From the human T2T-CHM13v2.0 reference genome, Homo sapiens, in NCBI RefSeq assembly GCF_009914755.1, contig NC_060941.1: a stretch of 64,000 bases of DNA; one strand, written 5' to 3'. This document shows, in pieces, positions 1 through 16,990 of this stretch; the first letter of the stretch is position 1, and every line of letters begins with the position of its first letter. The translations under genes were made by a program, and so were the position numbers. Below the pieces are notes generated by a model, which had not been told where the DNA came from, did not search any database, and saw only the letters and a list, made by a program, of their open reading frames with translations.

Positions 1-2
1 TG

Positions 3-2282
<2,280 letters not shown>

Positions 2283-2318
2283 TTAGTTGATGCAGTTTCT
2301 TCCTAGTCTCGATGGTCT

Positions 2319-3335
2319 TTACATTTTGGCATGATTTTGCAGCAGCTGGTACTGGTTGTTCCTTTCCATGTTTAGCGCTTCCTTCAGGAGCTCTTTTAGG
2401 GCAGGCCTGGTGGTGACAAAATCTCTCAGCATTTGCTTGTCTGTAAAGTATTTTATTTCTCCTTCACTTATGAAGCTTAGTTTGGCTGGATATGAAATTC
2501 TGGGTTGAAAATTCTTTTCTTTAAGAATGTTGAATATTGGCCCCCTCTCTCTTCTGGCTTGTAGGGTTTCTGCCGAGAGATCTGCTGTTAGTCTGATGGG
2601 CTTCCCTTTGAGGGTAACCCGACCTTTCTCTCTGGCTGCCCTTAACATTTTTTCCTTCATTTCAATTTTGGTGAATCTGACAATTATGTGTCTTGGAGTT
2701 GCTCTTCTCGAGGAGTATCTTTGTGGCATTCTCTGTATTTCCTGAATCTGAACGTTGGCCTGCCTTGCTAGATTGGGGAAGTTCTCCTGGATAATATCCT
2801 GCAGAGTGTTTTCCAACTTGGTTCCATTCTCCCCATCACTTTCAGGTACACCAATCAGACGTAGATTTGGTCTTTTCACATAGTCCCATATTTCTTGGAG
2901 GCTTTGCTCATTTCTTTTTATTCGTTTTTCTCTAAACTTCCCTTCTCGCTTCATTTCATTCATTTCATCTTCCATTGCTGATACCCTTTCTTCCAGTTGA
3001 TCGCATCAGCTCCTGAGGCTTCTGCATTCTTCACGTAGTTCTCGAGCCTTGGTTTTCAGCTCCATCAGCTCCTTTAAGCACTTCTCTGTATTGGTTATTC
3101 TAGTTATACATTCTTCTAAATTTTTTTCAAAGTTTTCAACTTCTTTGCCTTTGGTTTGAATGTCCTCCCGTAGCTCAGAGTAATTCGATCGTCTGAAGCC
3201 TTCTTCTCTCAGCTTGTCAAAGTCATTCTCCATCCACCTTTGTTCCGTTGCTGGTGAGGAACTGCGTTCCTTTGGAGGAGGAGAGACCCTCTGCGTTTTA
3301 GAGTTTCCAGTTTTTCTGTTCTGTTTTTTCCCCAT
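2319..3335 (-). pseudogene. L1 ORF1p, interrupted by a nonsense codon after residue 109
   Basis: ORFs 3006..3335 and 2319..2975 share a frame; CGA>TGA at 3006-3008 (CpG decay); REKG, ARR and YPAKLS motifs retained. Confidence 0.92.
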
Positions 3336-3639
3336 CTTTGTGGTTTTATCTACTTTTGGTCTTTGATGATGGTGATGTACAGATGGGTTTTCGGTGTGGA
3401 TGTCCTTTCTGTTTGTTAGTTTTCCTTCTAACAGACAGGACCCTCAGCTGCAGGTCTGTTGGAATAACCTGCCGTGTGAGGTGTCAGTGTGCTCCTGCTG
3501 GGGGGTGCCTCCCAGTTAGGCTGCTCGGGGGTCAGGAGTCAGGGACCCACTTGAGGAGGCAGTCTGCCGGTTCTCAGATCTCCAGCTGCGTGCTGGGAGA
3601 ACCACTGCTCTCTTCAAAGCTGTCAGACAGGGACATTTA

Positions 3640-3850
3640 AGTCTGCAGAGGTTACTGCTGTCTTTTTGTTTGTCTGTGCCCTGCCCCCAGAGGTGGAGCC
3701 TACAGTGGCAGGCAGGCCTCCTTGAGCTGTGGTGGGCTCCACCCAGTTGGAGCTTCCCGGCTGCTTTGTTTACCTAAGCAAGCCTGGGCAATGGCGGGCG
3801 CCCCTCCCCCAGCCTCGCTGCCGCCTTGCAGTTTGATCTCAGACTGCTGT
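3640..3850 (+). promoter_or_regulatory. L1 antisense promoter (ASP) region, firing in BCAS3 sense direction
   Basis: Corresponds to about nt 400-600 of the L1 5'UTR, the established ASP location; activity at this locus is inferred. Confidence 0.7.
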
Positions 3851-4006
3851 GCTGGCAATCAGCGAGACTCCGTGGGCGTAGGACCCTCCGAGCCAGGTGT
3901 GGGATATAGTCTCGTGGTGCGCCGTTTTTTAAGCCGGTCTGAAAAGCGCAATATTCGGGTGGGAGTGACCCGATTTTCCAGGTGCGTCCGTCACCCCTTT
4001 CTTTGA
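3791..4006 (+). CDS. L1 ORF0 (71 aa), intact, in BCAS3 sense orientation
   Basis: gcaATGG strong Kozak; MAGAPPPASLPPCSLISDCCAGNQRDSVGVGPSEPGVGYSLVVRRFLSRSEKRNIRVGVTRFSRCVRHPFL*; internal donors CAG|gtgtgg (3896) and CAG|gtgcgt (3981). Confidence 0.88.
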   Translation: MAGAPPPASLPPCSLISDCCAGNQRDSVGVGPSEPGVGYSLVVRRFLSRSEKRNIRVGVTRFSRCVRHPFL

Positions 4007-4227
4007 CTCGGAAAGGGAACTCCCTGACCCCTTGCGCTTCCCAGGTGAGGCAATGCCTCGCCCTGCTTCGGCTCGCGCACGGTGCACGGTGCGTGCACCC
4101 ACTGACCTGCGCCCACTGTCTGGCACTCCCTAGTGAGATGAACCCGGTACCTCAGATGGAAATGCAGAAATCACCCGTCTTCTGCGTTGCTCACGCTGGG
4201 AGCTGTAGACTGGAGCTGTTCGTATTC

Positions 4228-4236
4228 GGCCATCTT
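4228..4236 (-). promoter_or_regulatory. YY1 site of L1 sense promoter
   Basis: AAGATGGCC on minus strand, intact. Confidence 0.85.
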
Positions 4237-4244
4237 GGCTCCTC

Positions 4245-4440
4245 AATTGTTTAACTTTTATATTTAAGCCTTTGATCCATTTTTGTATGTGGTATGAGAT
4301 AGGGGTCCACGTTCATTCCAGTCCAAATGCTTTTGCATTTGGATATCCAGTAGTCCCAGCACCGTTTGTTGAAAAGACTTCTTTCACCATTGACTTGTCT
4401 TGGTATTCTTGTTGAAAATCAGTGGACTTATAAATGTAAA
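4245..4440 (-). mobile_element. Old L1M ORF2 fragment into which the young L1 inserted
   Basis: Diverged similarity to antisense L1 ORF2 (tcccagcaccgtttgttgaaaagac). Confidence 0.6.
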
Positions 4441-6454
4441 TAACTGTTTTCTTTAAAAAAAGGGCTCAGACTTTTTATTTGTCCTTGCCAGGAGAAATAA
4501 GGCAAAGTATCACAGAGAGCAGTTCAGTTTTTTTGTTTTTTGAAATGAATTCAGGTCACCTCTCCATTAGGACCACTTTCTGGGAGGATGCCATCTAAAA
4601 TTGCATCATGCTTGTGTACCTTCTTAATTACTTTTTTAGTAATGGACAAATATAGTGTGCTTCTAAAAATTTTTTACCTTCATTTAAATTGGGAAATGAA
4701 TTCTTTTAACATCCAGTTCTCTTTGTCCAATAAAATTGTAAACATGTTAGAATTAGGCCTAGTATTATAGAGATTCATGTCCCCCCAACCCCTTCACTTG
4801 TTTTCAGACTTTACCTGGAGGCAAAGATTAATCTTTAAAAGAGTCATGCTTATAAGGTTGGGATGGTGCTGAGTGGCTTATGTTCTGCTGATTCCAGCTA
4901 TAAAGCATTCTTTTGGCAAGCAGGAAAACAGTTGTTTTCATTACAATATACTGTAATTCTTGAGGTCCACTGAACTCTAAAAATACGGACTCAAAAAATG
5001 AAATGAAGAATTGTAAACTGTGTTTTTCCTTAGGACCCTTTTGTATTTGTGAGGTTAAAGTGGTTATCAGAATTTATTGAGAGTTAGATTATTTAGTTTT
5101 AAAGCTAATTCAGGAGATTCTCTGTGTCTAATGTAACACCACTGTTCACAAGTACTTGGTTCTATTTTTCATGACGAATTTTAAAAGGGGAAAAACTTTC
5201 TTATAGATCATATTTATCCTCATTTCTCCAGCTCTGAAATTGTCAGCGGAATACATGTATACATACTCATATAAAATTATATTTTTAATGAATAAGATTA
5301 ATCTATTCAATGGTCTAATCTATTGTGTAAATACTACACAATTTATATTACAGTATGTTGTCTTTTTATAATTTTTAGTGTGTTTTTGTCCTATATATGT
5401 TTCCATAATATGCATTTAATAGATAATAGTAATATTACAGTTAACCTGAAGTCAGTTTTCCGGAAACCCTAAGTATTGCAAACATACTCCTTCAAACAGT
5501 AGCATGAATGAACAGTTTTTTAAAAAGGGAGCAATAAAATGAGAAAGCTTTTATTTTGTTTATGTGGACTTTCTTTTAGGGTCTGTCTCTTCTCTATAAG
5601 TTTATTATTTTCTTTTCAAGACGAAAATTCAAAATAGATGGCAGTTTAGGGAGCTAGGCTAAAAATGGCTGTGTACTGGAAGTGACAGTAAGGTGTGCTT
5701 CTTTAGTGCTTTTGAGCATAGCAATAGGAACATAGTCAGAATGACTAGGGAGTGGCAGCAGGGAAGAGTCAGCGGCGAAGAAAACCGATTCTTCAATTTA
5801 CACATCCCTGTAATCAAGTTGGAGGAAGATAGAAAATAAACAGTAAATATATGTCATAGAACAATTAACTGTTGTTATTGGCTAGAACTGCAAGCAAGAA
5901 GAATGATATTGAGTGAAATGTAAATACAAAGGATTATGCAGTTCCCTAACATCTTTCTGTGGAGGCAGACTTTCAGAGTTACTTGTCTTCATTGGCCTCA
6001 GTGAGGTCAAATACTTGTTCTTTTTCTCTCCTCATTGTAGTATCATGTCTGATAGTCTCATTTATCTTTTGCCTTTAAATTCCTGAACCCATCATATCAT
6101 TTCTCTCTCCTCTCCCAAAATTCTTCCTTGATTTATGAATGTTAGACTTAAAATGGCCCTGTTAACTTCATTCTCATGTTTAGGAATAACTGTATAAAAT
6201 GCCCAGTGTTTGCTGAAAGTGATGACCAGTTCTTTCCAGATTTGTTTCTTATTGGGACAGAGTTAAGCCAAAAGGAAACTAAATAGAGGGGGAAAAATGC
6301 ACCTTACTTAGCTAACAAAATAATGACTAGTGTTACAGGAATTTTATGTGAGACTTGAAAAAATATAAGCATTTGATTTTTCTGTTTTTCTGGCATCGAT
6401 ATATGATGCACCAACAGAAAAGTTATTAAGAAATTTCTCAATAGTGCCATTTGA

Positions 6455-6571
<117 letters not shown>

Positions 6572-6941
6572 TAATGGAGCAAGTGTTGAAGGATTTTCCA
6601 TAAAAAATACCTGTGCTCCATAGTTGATTACCAATAATAAATGTTTTACTTACTAGTTCATTTGCTTTGGTTTGGTTTTAATTGTGCAACTAATAATTGA
6701 ACTCGTTTAAGAATTTATAAATGTTTGGCAGTTGTCATTAAGTCCAGACTCTGTAGAACCTTAATTGTTTTAGCTTGGTTTTATATAGAGAACTTCATTC
6801 TATTAATTTGCAGCATTGAGATGACCACAGTAGTGGTATTAAGGAAAGTAGTTTTTGACTTTTTAGAAATCAGGAGGCAGGAGTAACTTCTGTCTTCATT
6901 GGTAGATTAGAAACCTGGGCATAGAATAATTTAATTGACAA

Positions 6942-7240
<299 letters not shown>

Positions 7241-9082
7241 AGAATAATTTAATTTACATTAACTATATGCTAACAACTATATCTAAATAAGGGTTCAGCC
7301 ATTTGTTTTAATAGTTAAATCACACATGTTCACATTTTGTTGACTTCTTCGGTTATTTATCAATTTATTTATTAAGGTCATCATAATAAGTGAAGATACT
7401 ATATGCACTAGGAATTTTACTTATGTCTGATTTAAGGAAAAAGGTAAATTTGAATCTTCAAAAAGAAAGATAAAATTCTTTTAATTCCATTTAGTACCCT
7501 GCATGTGAATATAGAATGAAATCTTCTAAAAGAATATTACTATTTTTGGTTTCGTTTTTGCTAGTTGCATAGTTATTGTATCTTGAGATTAATATGAATT
7601 AATATGAAATAGTTCTTGACAAAATTAGGATGTGGTAAGTAAAGTAGTTATTTGGTAAAGCCAAATCTACTAAATTTCTAGCCTCTGGAATGTACAAAAA
7701 TCAAGAAACTACTGAAGAAAATTATTTTTCTGCATAAATTCTTTGAGATCTTATCCATAAATCTGTCTAACTACTAGATATGTTACATCTTCCTGAATTC
7801 TGTATTTATATTCCATTTTGTTTTTTCTCTTGATTTTCCAGTATATCTTGTAAAAATAGCTCTTTCAAATTATTCTTTTCAAACAAAACAAGGCATACAA
7901 GTAAGTGTAGTGACACAATGGTATCTTCTAATGTTTCTATCTGTAAAGCATTTCCCTTGAGTGCTGGAAACATTCAAGACAAAGATGTATAAATTGTCCC
8001 TTGGTTCTTGTGGATGTATTCTCACATATGGGGAACTGCCCATTTGGAAGTGGAGGTAATATGTAAGTAGTTACATATTGCCTTTGAGGGGAAAGAACTC
8101 CCTTCATAGATGCATAGCCTGAATATGCACCAGTTGTTTTCCCTCTTCAGGAATACATGTTAATATCTGGTGTCATGTACAGAGACCAGACAACGTAGTG
8201 GCCTTCACAAGGAGTTTGTGAGTCAAATGTCGTGCTTTCATCTCAAAATATTTCTAGATAAATGTCCTTACATAGTATTTTCATAAGAGCTAGCATTTAT
8301 TAGTTTCTAATTGTTTTAGCTTTGGGGCTGAGTATAGAATTGTAAAATTGAATTAAATTTTGGGGTACCAGTCTCTTTCAGTGAAAATGCTCTTTGACTA
8401 TAAAATCTTAAGAAGCCGTATATCTTTGTTTAGTTTTGAGATTCACAGGGTACACGTGCATGTTTGTTACACAGGTATATTGTGTAAGGGTGGGGATTCA
8501 GCTTCTAGTGTATCCATCATCCAGATATTGAACATTGTACCCCATAAGTGATTTTTCAACCCTCAGCTGCCTCTTCCCTCCCCCTTTTGGAGTCCCCACT
8601 GCCTATTTCCATTTTCATCATCATGTGTACCCATTGTTTAGCTCCCATTTATAAGTGAGAACATGCTATTTTTGATTTTCTGTTTCTGAGTTAGTTCACT
8701 TAAGGTAATGGCCTCCAGCTCCAAGCATGTTGCTGCAAAGGACATGATTTCATTCTTTCTGTGGTTGCAAAGTATTCCATGGTGTGTATAACCATATTTT
8801 CTTTATTCAAATAATCAGCTGCTGATAGACACCTAGTTTGGTTCCATGACTTTGCTATTGTGACTAGTACTGCGATGAAAATACAAGTGCCTGTCCTTTT
8901 TAAATTAATGATTTCTTTTCCTTTGGATATATACCCAGTGGTGGGATTGCTGGGTCGAATGGTAGTTCTATTTTTAGTTCTTTGAGAAATCTCCATACTC
9001 TTTTCCATTTACATTCCCACCAACAGTGTATAAGCATCCCCTTTTCTCCATATTCCTGTCAACATCTGTTGTTTTTGACTTA

Positions 9083-9715
<633 letters not shown>

Positions 9716-10370
9716 GTCGTTTTCACTGGCATAAGATGGTATCTTGGTGTGGTTTTAAGTTGCATTTCTCTGAATATTAGTGATGTTGAACATTTTTTTT
9801 TCATTTGTTTGTTGGCCATTTACATTCTTTTTGAGAAATGTCTGTTTATGTCCTTTGGGGTTTTTATTGGAGTTTGTTTTTTTCTTGTTCAGTTGTTTGA
9901 GTTTCTTGTAGATTCTTAGTTGGATGCATAATTTACAAATATTTTCTCCCATTGTGTAGTTTATCTGTTTACTCTATCGATTATTTCTTTTGCTGTGCAG
10001 GAACTTTTTAGTTTAATTAAGTGTCATTTGTCTATTTTTGTTGCATTTGTTTTTGGGGTCTTTGTCATAAATTCCTTGCCTAGGACAATGTCTAGAAGAG
10101 TTTTTCCCTAGGTTTTCTTCTAGGATTTCTATAGTTTCAGGTCTTACATTTAGGTCTTTATTCCATCTGAGTTAATTTTTGTATATGGTGAGAGATAGGG
10201 GTCTGGTTTCATTCTTCTGCATATGACTAGCCAATTTTCCCAGCTCCGTTTATTGAATAGGGTGTCCCTTCTCCATTGTGTATTTTTGTCAACTTTGTTA
10301 ACAAAATATCAGTTGGTTATAAGTATCTGATGTTATTCAGTTCTCTGTTCAGTTATCTTGACCTATGATC

Positions 10371-10730
<360 letters not shown>

Positions 10731-12813
10731 TAGTATAGTTTGAAATCAGGCAGTGTGATGCTTCCTGATTTGTTATTTTTGCTTAGGACCGCTTTGGCCA
10801 TTTGCTGCCCCACCCCATTTTATTTTATTTTATTTTATTTTTTGCTTCCCTATGAACTTTAGGATAGCTTTTTCCAATTCTGTGGAAAAAACATTAATAA
10901 TTTGATAAGAATTGTGCTGAATCTATAGATTTCTCTGGCCAGTATGGTCATTTAAATCATATTGATTCTTTCAGTTCATGAGCTTGGGATGTTTTTCCAT
11001 TTGTTGGTGTTTACAATTTCTTTCATCAGTGTTTTGTAGTTTTTTCTTGTAGAGATCTTTCATCTCCTTGGTTAAATTTCTTCTTATATATATATTTTCG
11101 TAACTATTGTAAATGTGATTGCCTCTTTGCTAGATCATTATTGGTGTATAGAAATGCTATTGAATTTTGTATGTTAATTTTATATCCTGCAACTTTACTG
11201 AATCCGTTTACCAAATCTAAGATTTTGTGCGTGTGTGTGAAATCATTAGGTTTTTCTAGATACAAGATCATGTCATCAGCAAAGAGGGGCAATGTGACTT
11301 CTACTTTTCCAATTTGGATGCCTTTTCTTTCTTTCTATTGCCTTGTTGCTTTGGCTGGGACTTCAGTACTGTGTCGAATACGAGTGGTGAAGTTGGCATC
11401 CTTGTCTTGTAGTAAATCTTAGAGGAAAGGCTTTAAAATTTTCCCCATTCAGCCTGATGTTAGCTGTGGTTTTGTCATATATGGTCTTTATTATTTTGAG
11501 ATAATTTCCTTCTATGCCTAGTTTGTTAAGAGTTTTTATCATGAAGGGATGTTGAATTTTATTAAATGCTTTTTCTTGTATCTATTGAGATGATCATATG
11601 GTTTTTGTCCTTCATTCTGTTGATGTGATTATCACTTATTGATTTAGATATGTTGAACCATCCCTATGTCTCTGGAATAAATCCCCCTTGATTGTGGTCT
11701 ATTATATTTTTGATGTGCTGTTGGTTTTGATTTTCTAGCATTTTCTTGAAGATTTTGGTGTCTGTGTTCATCAGGGATCTTGGCCTATAGTTTTCTTTTT
11801 TGTGGCATCCTTGTCTGGTTTTGGTATCAGATGATGTTGGCTTCATAGAATGAGTTAGGGAGAGTTTCTTCCTCTTTTATTTTTTTGGAATAGTTTCAGG
11901 AAAATTGGTGATCTCTTTTGTACATTTGGTAGGATTCAGCTGTGAACCTGTCTAGTCCTGGGCTTGCTTTCTGGGAGACTTTATTACCTACTCACTCTCA
12001 CTACTCATTATTGGTCTGCTCAGATTTCTGTTTTTTCCTGATTCAATCTTGTTACGTTAGGTTGTATGTTTCCAGGAATTTATCAATTTCCTCTAGGTTT
12101 TTCAGATTTTCAGTGTATAGCTTTTTATAATAGTTTGCTGATCTATTGTATTTCTGTGGTATCAGTTGTAATGTTCTCTTTTTCATTTCTCATTTTGTTT
12201 ATCTGGGTCTTTCCTTTCTTGGTTAATCTAGCTAGTGTTTATCAATTTTGTTTATCTTTTTGAAGAACCAATTTTTTATTCATTGATCTTTTGTATTGTT
12301 TCATTAGTCTATTTTGCTTAGTTCTACTCTGTTTATTATTTCATTTCTTCTGCTAATTATGGGTTTGGTTTATTCTTTTTTAGCTCCTTTGGGTGCATTG
12401 TTAGATTGTTAATTTGTAATCTTTGTACTTTTTTGATGTAGGCGTTTATTGTTGTAAACTTCCGTCAGCACACCTTTTGCTGTATTCCACAGTTTTGGTA
12501 TGTTGTGTTTCAAGATCATCATTTGTTTCAAGATTTTAAAGAATTGACTCAGTAGTGTTCAGGGGCATGTTATTTGATTTCCATATGTAAAGTTTCCAGA
12601 GTCCCTTTTGGTATTTATTTCTAGTTTTAGTCCATTGTGGTCTGAGAAGATACTTGATATGATTCAGTCTTTAAAAGTGTATTGAGACTTGTGGCCTAAC
12701 ATATGGTCTATCATGGAGAATGTTCTATGGGCTAAGAATGTATATTCTGCAGTTGTTGGATAGAATGCTCTATAAGAGTCTATTAGGTCCATTGGGTCTA
12801 AAGTCCAGTTTAA

Positions 12814-13103
12814 GGCCAGGCACGGTTGCACATGCCTGTAATCCCAGCACTTTGGGAGGCCAAGGCGGGCCAATGACTTGAGGTCAGGAGTTCAAGACCA
12901 GCCTGGCCAACATGGCAAAATGCTGTCTCTACTAAAAATACAAAAATAGCCAGGCATGGTGGCGTGTGCCTGTAATCCCAGCCACTTGGGAGGCTAAGGC
13001 AAGAGAACCATTTGGACCCAGGAGGTGGAGGTTGTGGTGAGCTGAGATCACTGCACTCCAGCCTAGGTGACAAAGCAAGACTCAGTCTCAATAAATAAAT
13101 AAA
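12814..13103 (+). mobile_element. AluS
   Basis: Perfect TSD taaagtccagtttaa (12799-12813, 13104-13118). Confidence 0.92.
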
Positions 13104-14464
13104 TAAAGTCCAGTTTAAATCCAATGTTTCTTTGTTGATTTTCTGGCTAGATGATCTGTTTAATGCTGAGAGGAGTTTTGAAGTCCCCCACTATTACTGT
13201 ATTTCAGTTTATCTCTCTCTTTAGATATAGTATATACTAATATTTGCTTTAGGAATCTGTGTGCTCCAGTGTTGAGTGCATATATATTTAGAACTGTTAT
13301 ATCCTCTTGCTGAATTGATCCCTTTATCATTATATAATGACCTTCTTTGTCTTTTTTTTTTCCAGCTGTTTTTGACTTTAGAGTCTGTTTTATCTAATAT
13401 AAGTATAACTACCCCTGTTCACTTTTGGTTTCCATTTGTGTGGAATATCTCTTTTTTTTTCCCCTTTACTTTTAGTCTACATATGTCTTTATGGTAAGGT
13501 AAGTTTCTTGTAAGGAGCATATAGTTGGGTCATTTAAAAAAATCCATTTAGTTATTCTGTCTCTTTTAAGTGGATTATTTATTTTATTTACATTCAAAGT
13601 CATTATTAATATGTGAGACTTTGTTCTTATATTGTTGATTGTTTTCTGGTTATTTCGTATATTTTTGGTTTCATTCTTTTTCTCTTATTGTTTGATGTTA
13701 TGGTTTGGTGGATTTCTGCAGTGGTACTCTTTGAGTTCTTTCTCTTTCTCCTTTGTGTCTTTGCTTTACCAGTGAGTTTCATAGTTTGGTGTGTTTTTGT
13801 GATACTAAATGTTGTCCTTTCACTTCCAGGTTTAGGGCTACTTTGAGCATGTCTTGTAGGGTCAATATAGTGATAATGAATTTTCTCAGAATTTGCTTGT
13901 TGGAAAAAATGTCATTTCTCCTTCATTTATGAAGGGTAATTTTGCTGGATACAGTATTCTTGACTGACATACTTTTTTCTTTCAACCCTTTGAATCTATA
14001 ATTCCATTGTCTTCTGGCTTGTGAGGTTTCTGCTAAGAAATCTACAGTTAATGTGATGAGGTTTCCTTTATATGTGACTAGACACGATTTTTTCTTGCTG
14101 CTTTTAGGATTCACTCTTTATCTTTGATTTTAGACAATGACTATAATGTGCCTTAGAGAAGACCTTTTTCCATTGTATCTGCCTGGGGATTGCTAAGCCT
14201 GTTGTATCTGAATGTCCAAACTTTTGTTAGACTTGGGAAGTTTTCATCTATTATTCCATTAAATGTGCTTTCAAATTTTTTCTTTCTCTCTTCAATGTCA
14301 GGAATACTTATAATTGTAATATTTTGACACTTTATGTTTCCCCAGATGTCATAATGTCTTCGCTTATTTTTAAAATTCTTTTTTCTTTATTTTTATCTGA
14401 CTGGATTGTTTCAAAAGATCTGTCTTCAAGTTCTGAGATTCTCCCTTTTGCCTGATGTAGTCAG

Positions 14465-14809
14465 TTTTATTTTACTTATTTATTTATTTATTTAGAGACA
14501 GGATCTCACTGATCTTACTCTGTCATCCAGGCTGAAGTTCACTGGTGCAATCACAGCTCACTGCAGCCTAGACCTCCAGGGCTCAGGTGATCCTCTTGCC
14601 TAAGCTTCCTGAGTAGCTGGGTCTACAGATGTGTGCCACCACACCAGGCTAATTTTTTTAATTTTTATTTTATTTTTATTTTTTTTTTTGGTAGAGATAG
14701 GGTCCTGCCATGTTGCCCAAACTGGTCTTGAACTTCTGGGCTCAAGCAATCTTCCTGCCTTGACCTCCCTAAGTGTTGGGATTACAGGCATGAGCCACTG
14801 TACCTGGCC
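14465..14809 (-). mobile_element. AluJ
   Basis: Diverged antisense dimer with J-type ctcaagcaatc. Confidence 0.85.
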
Positions 14810-16272
14810 AGAATTTCTCTTTGACCCTTTTAAAAATTATCTGTCTCTTTGGTAAATTTCTCATTTATATTCTGAATTGTTTTTCTGATTTTTCTGTATT
14901 GTTTTTCACAGTTCTCTTGAATCTCACAAGGTTGTTTTAAATTATTATTTTGAGTCCTATAAATGGGCTCTCATAAATTTCTTTTTGATTAGAATCTGGC
15001 TGGAGAGTTATTGTGTTTCTTTGGAGGCATCATATTTTATTTTTCATGTTTCCTGTGTCTTTACATTGATATTTGCACATCAGGTGCAACAGTTACTTCT
15101 TCATATTTTTACATTTACTTTCGTAGAGGACTTTTTTTATTAATGAAGATATATCTATAGTACTGGTTGGATAGGACACTTTGGTCTTGATTCTGGGTGT
15201 GTGCGGTAATGTAGTCTGATTTTTTTTTTCTGTATACATCATTAGGGGTATTTATTATTTACTTAATGAATTAGGGTGTGATTATTAGTGGTGGCTGTGG
15301 TGAAGTTTTGCTGGAGACTGGGATGCCAGGTTGACTGGTCATCAGTATGCAGTGGTGGCAGCATTGGGCTGAGTGTGCCTATCCTTGTGCCCCAGAGTAG
15401 TGTACACTGGCACCTATATTGGTGGTTACAAGTGGGCTGATTGTTGGTCTTCCAGGTAGCTTGCTTGGATGCTGGTAGTGGCAATGGTGAACAGTATGGG
15501 TGGGCTGGTTCCTGAGCCCCTGGGCAGCCAGTGTAACATGGGTGATAACGGTAGCAGTGGCAAGATAATTATTTTTGTTCCTAGTGGCGTGTGTTGATGT
15601 TGGTGGTGGCTGCAGTGGTCTGGGGGTTCGGGAGGTAGTCTCCAGGCCTGTGGTTGGAGCTTGCAGGTAGGTGCCAGCTTTTGAGGCAGTGGCAGGGAGA
15701 TAAGGCCCAACCTCAGACCCCCTGGAGGAGTGCTTATGTACCCAAAGAAGTGGATTGGTTTGGGCAGTCCCAAGGACCCTGGGTTATGAGTTCTGTCTTT
15801 GGGGGTTGAAGGCAGAACTAGGCTGGGTGGGCTTGTTCTCAGGCTCCCCAATGATGAGAGCAGATACCAGCCATGGTGGGTGGGGACAGGGTAATCCTAG
15901 GATCAGTTTTTGGGTGAGGGGCCCTGAGGCTGCTTATGGAGAGGGTAGGTCTGGCCTCAGTGGCCACAGCTAGGCTGGTAGGTGGGGAAAATGTGTCTCT
16001 TTCACACCCCAGTCCCAGTGGGGCTCACCCCCCAGTCCCGGTGGCAATGGCATATACCTGTCTCACCCCCATCCCTGGCTGCAGGAGCCTCTGCCCAGCT
16101 CGCAACCAAGTCTTAGTGGCAACTCATGCCTGCTCATGTCTCAGTCTCTGGCCTGGCAGCACTTGCTTCCCTGCATTGGTAGCTGCTACAGCCAATGCTT
16201 TACTCGATTCTCAGCCCCTAGTGCGGGAATGAGCCCAGATCACACCCTAGTCCCAGCAGTGACAGCCTGAGA

Positions 16273-16565
16273 TTTTTTTTTTCCTGAGATGGAGTCTCGC
16301 TCTGTTGCCCAGGCTGGAGTGCAGTGGCGCAATCTTGGCTCACTGAAACCTCCACTTCCTGGGTTCAAGCAGTTCTCCTGCCTCAGCCTCCTGAGTAGCT
16401 AGGATTATAGGCATGCACCACCATGCCTGGCTAATTTTTGTATTTTTCATAGAGACAGGGTTTCACCATGTTGACCAAGCTGGTCTCTAACTCCTGACCT
16501 TGTGATCTGCCCACCTCAGCCTCCCAAAATGCTGAGGTTACAGGTGTGAGCCACCACTCCAGGCC
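16273..16565 (-). mobile_element. AluS
   Basis: Antisense dimer. Confidence 0.9.
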
Positions 16566-16660
16566 CCTGATTTTTTTTTTTTTAACACCTCAGTCCCAGT
16601 GCTGCTAGGCCCCAGAGCAGCATGCCATCTGCCAAAAACCAGGTTTGAAAATGATGTCTT

Positions 16661-16990
16661 GCTGGGCATGGTGGCTTGTGCCTGTAGTTCCAGCTACTTG
16701 GGAGGCAGAGGTAGGAAGATTGCTTGAGTTCAGGAGCTCTGGGCTGTAGTGCACTATGCCAATCAGGTGTCTGCACTAAGTTCAGCATCAATATGGTGAC
16801 CTCATAGGAGTAGGGGACCACCAGGTTGCCTAAGGAGGGGTGAACCAGCCCAGGTTGGAAATAGAGCAGGTCAAAATTCCCATGCTGATCAGTAGTGGGA
16901 TTGCACCTATGAATATTGCACTCCAGCCTGTGCAACATAGTGAGACGCTGTCTCTTAAAAAAAAAAAAAAAGAAAGAAAGAAAAGAAAAA
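16661..16990 (+). pseudogene. Processed 7SL (SRP RNA, RN7SL) pseudogene
   Basis: Alu-like ends plus central S-domain (gggaccaccaggttgcctaaggaggggtgaacc); polyA tail; TSD gaaaatgatgtctt / gaaaatattgtctt. Confidence 0.92.
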
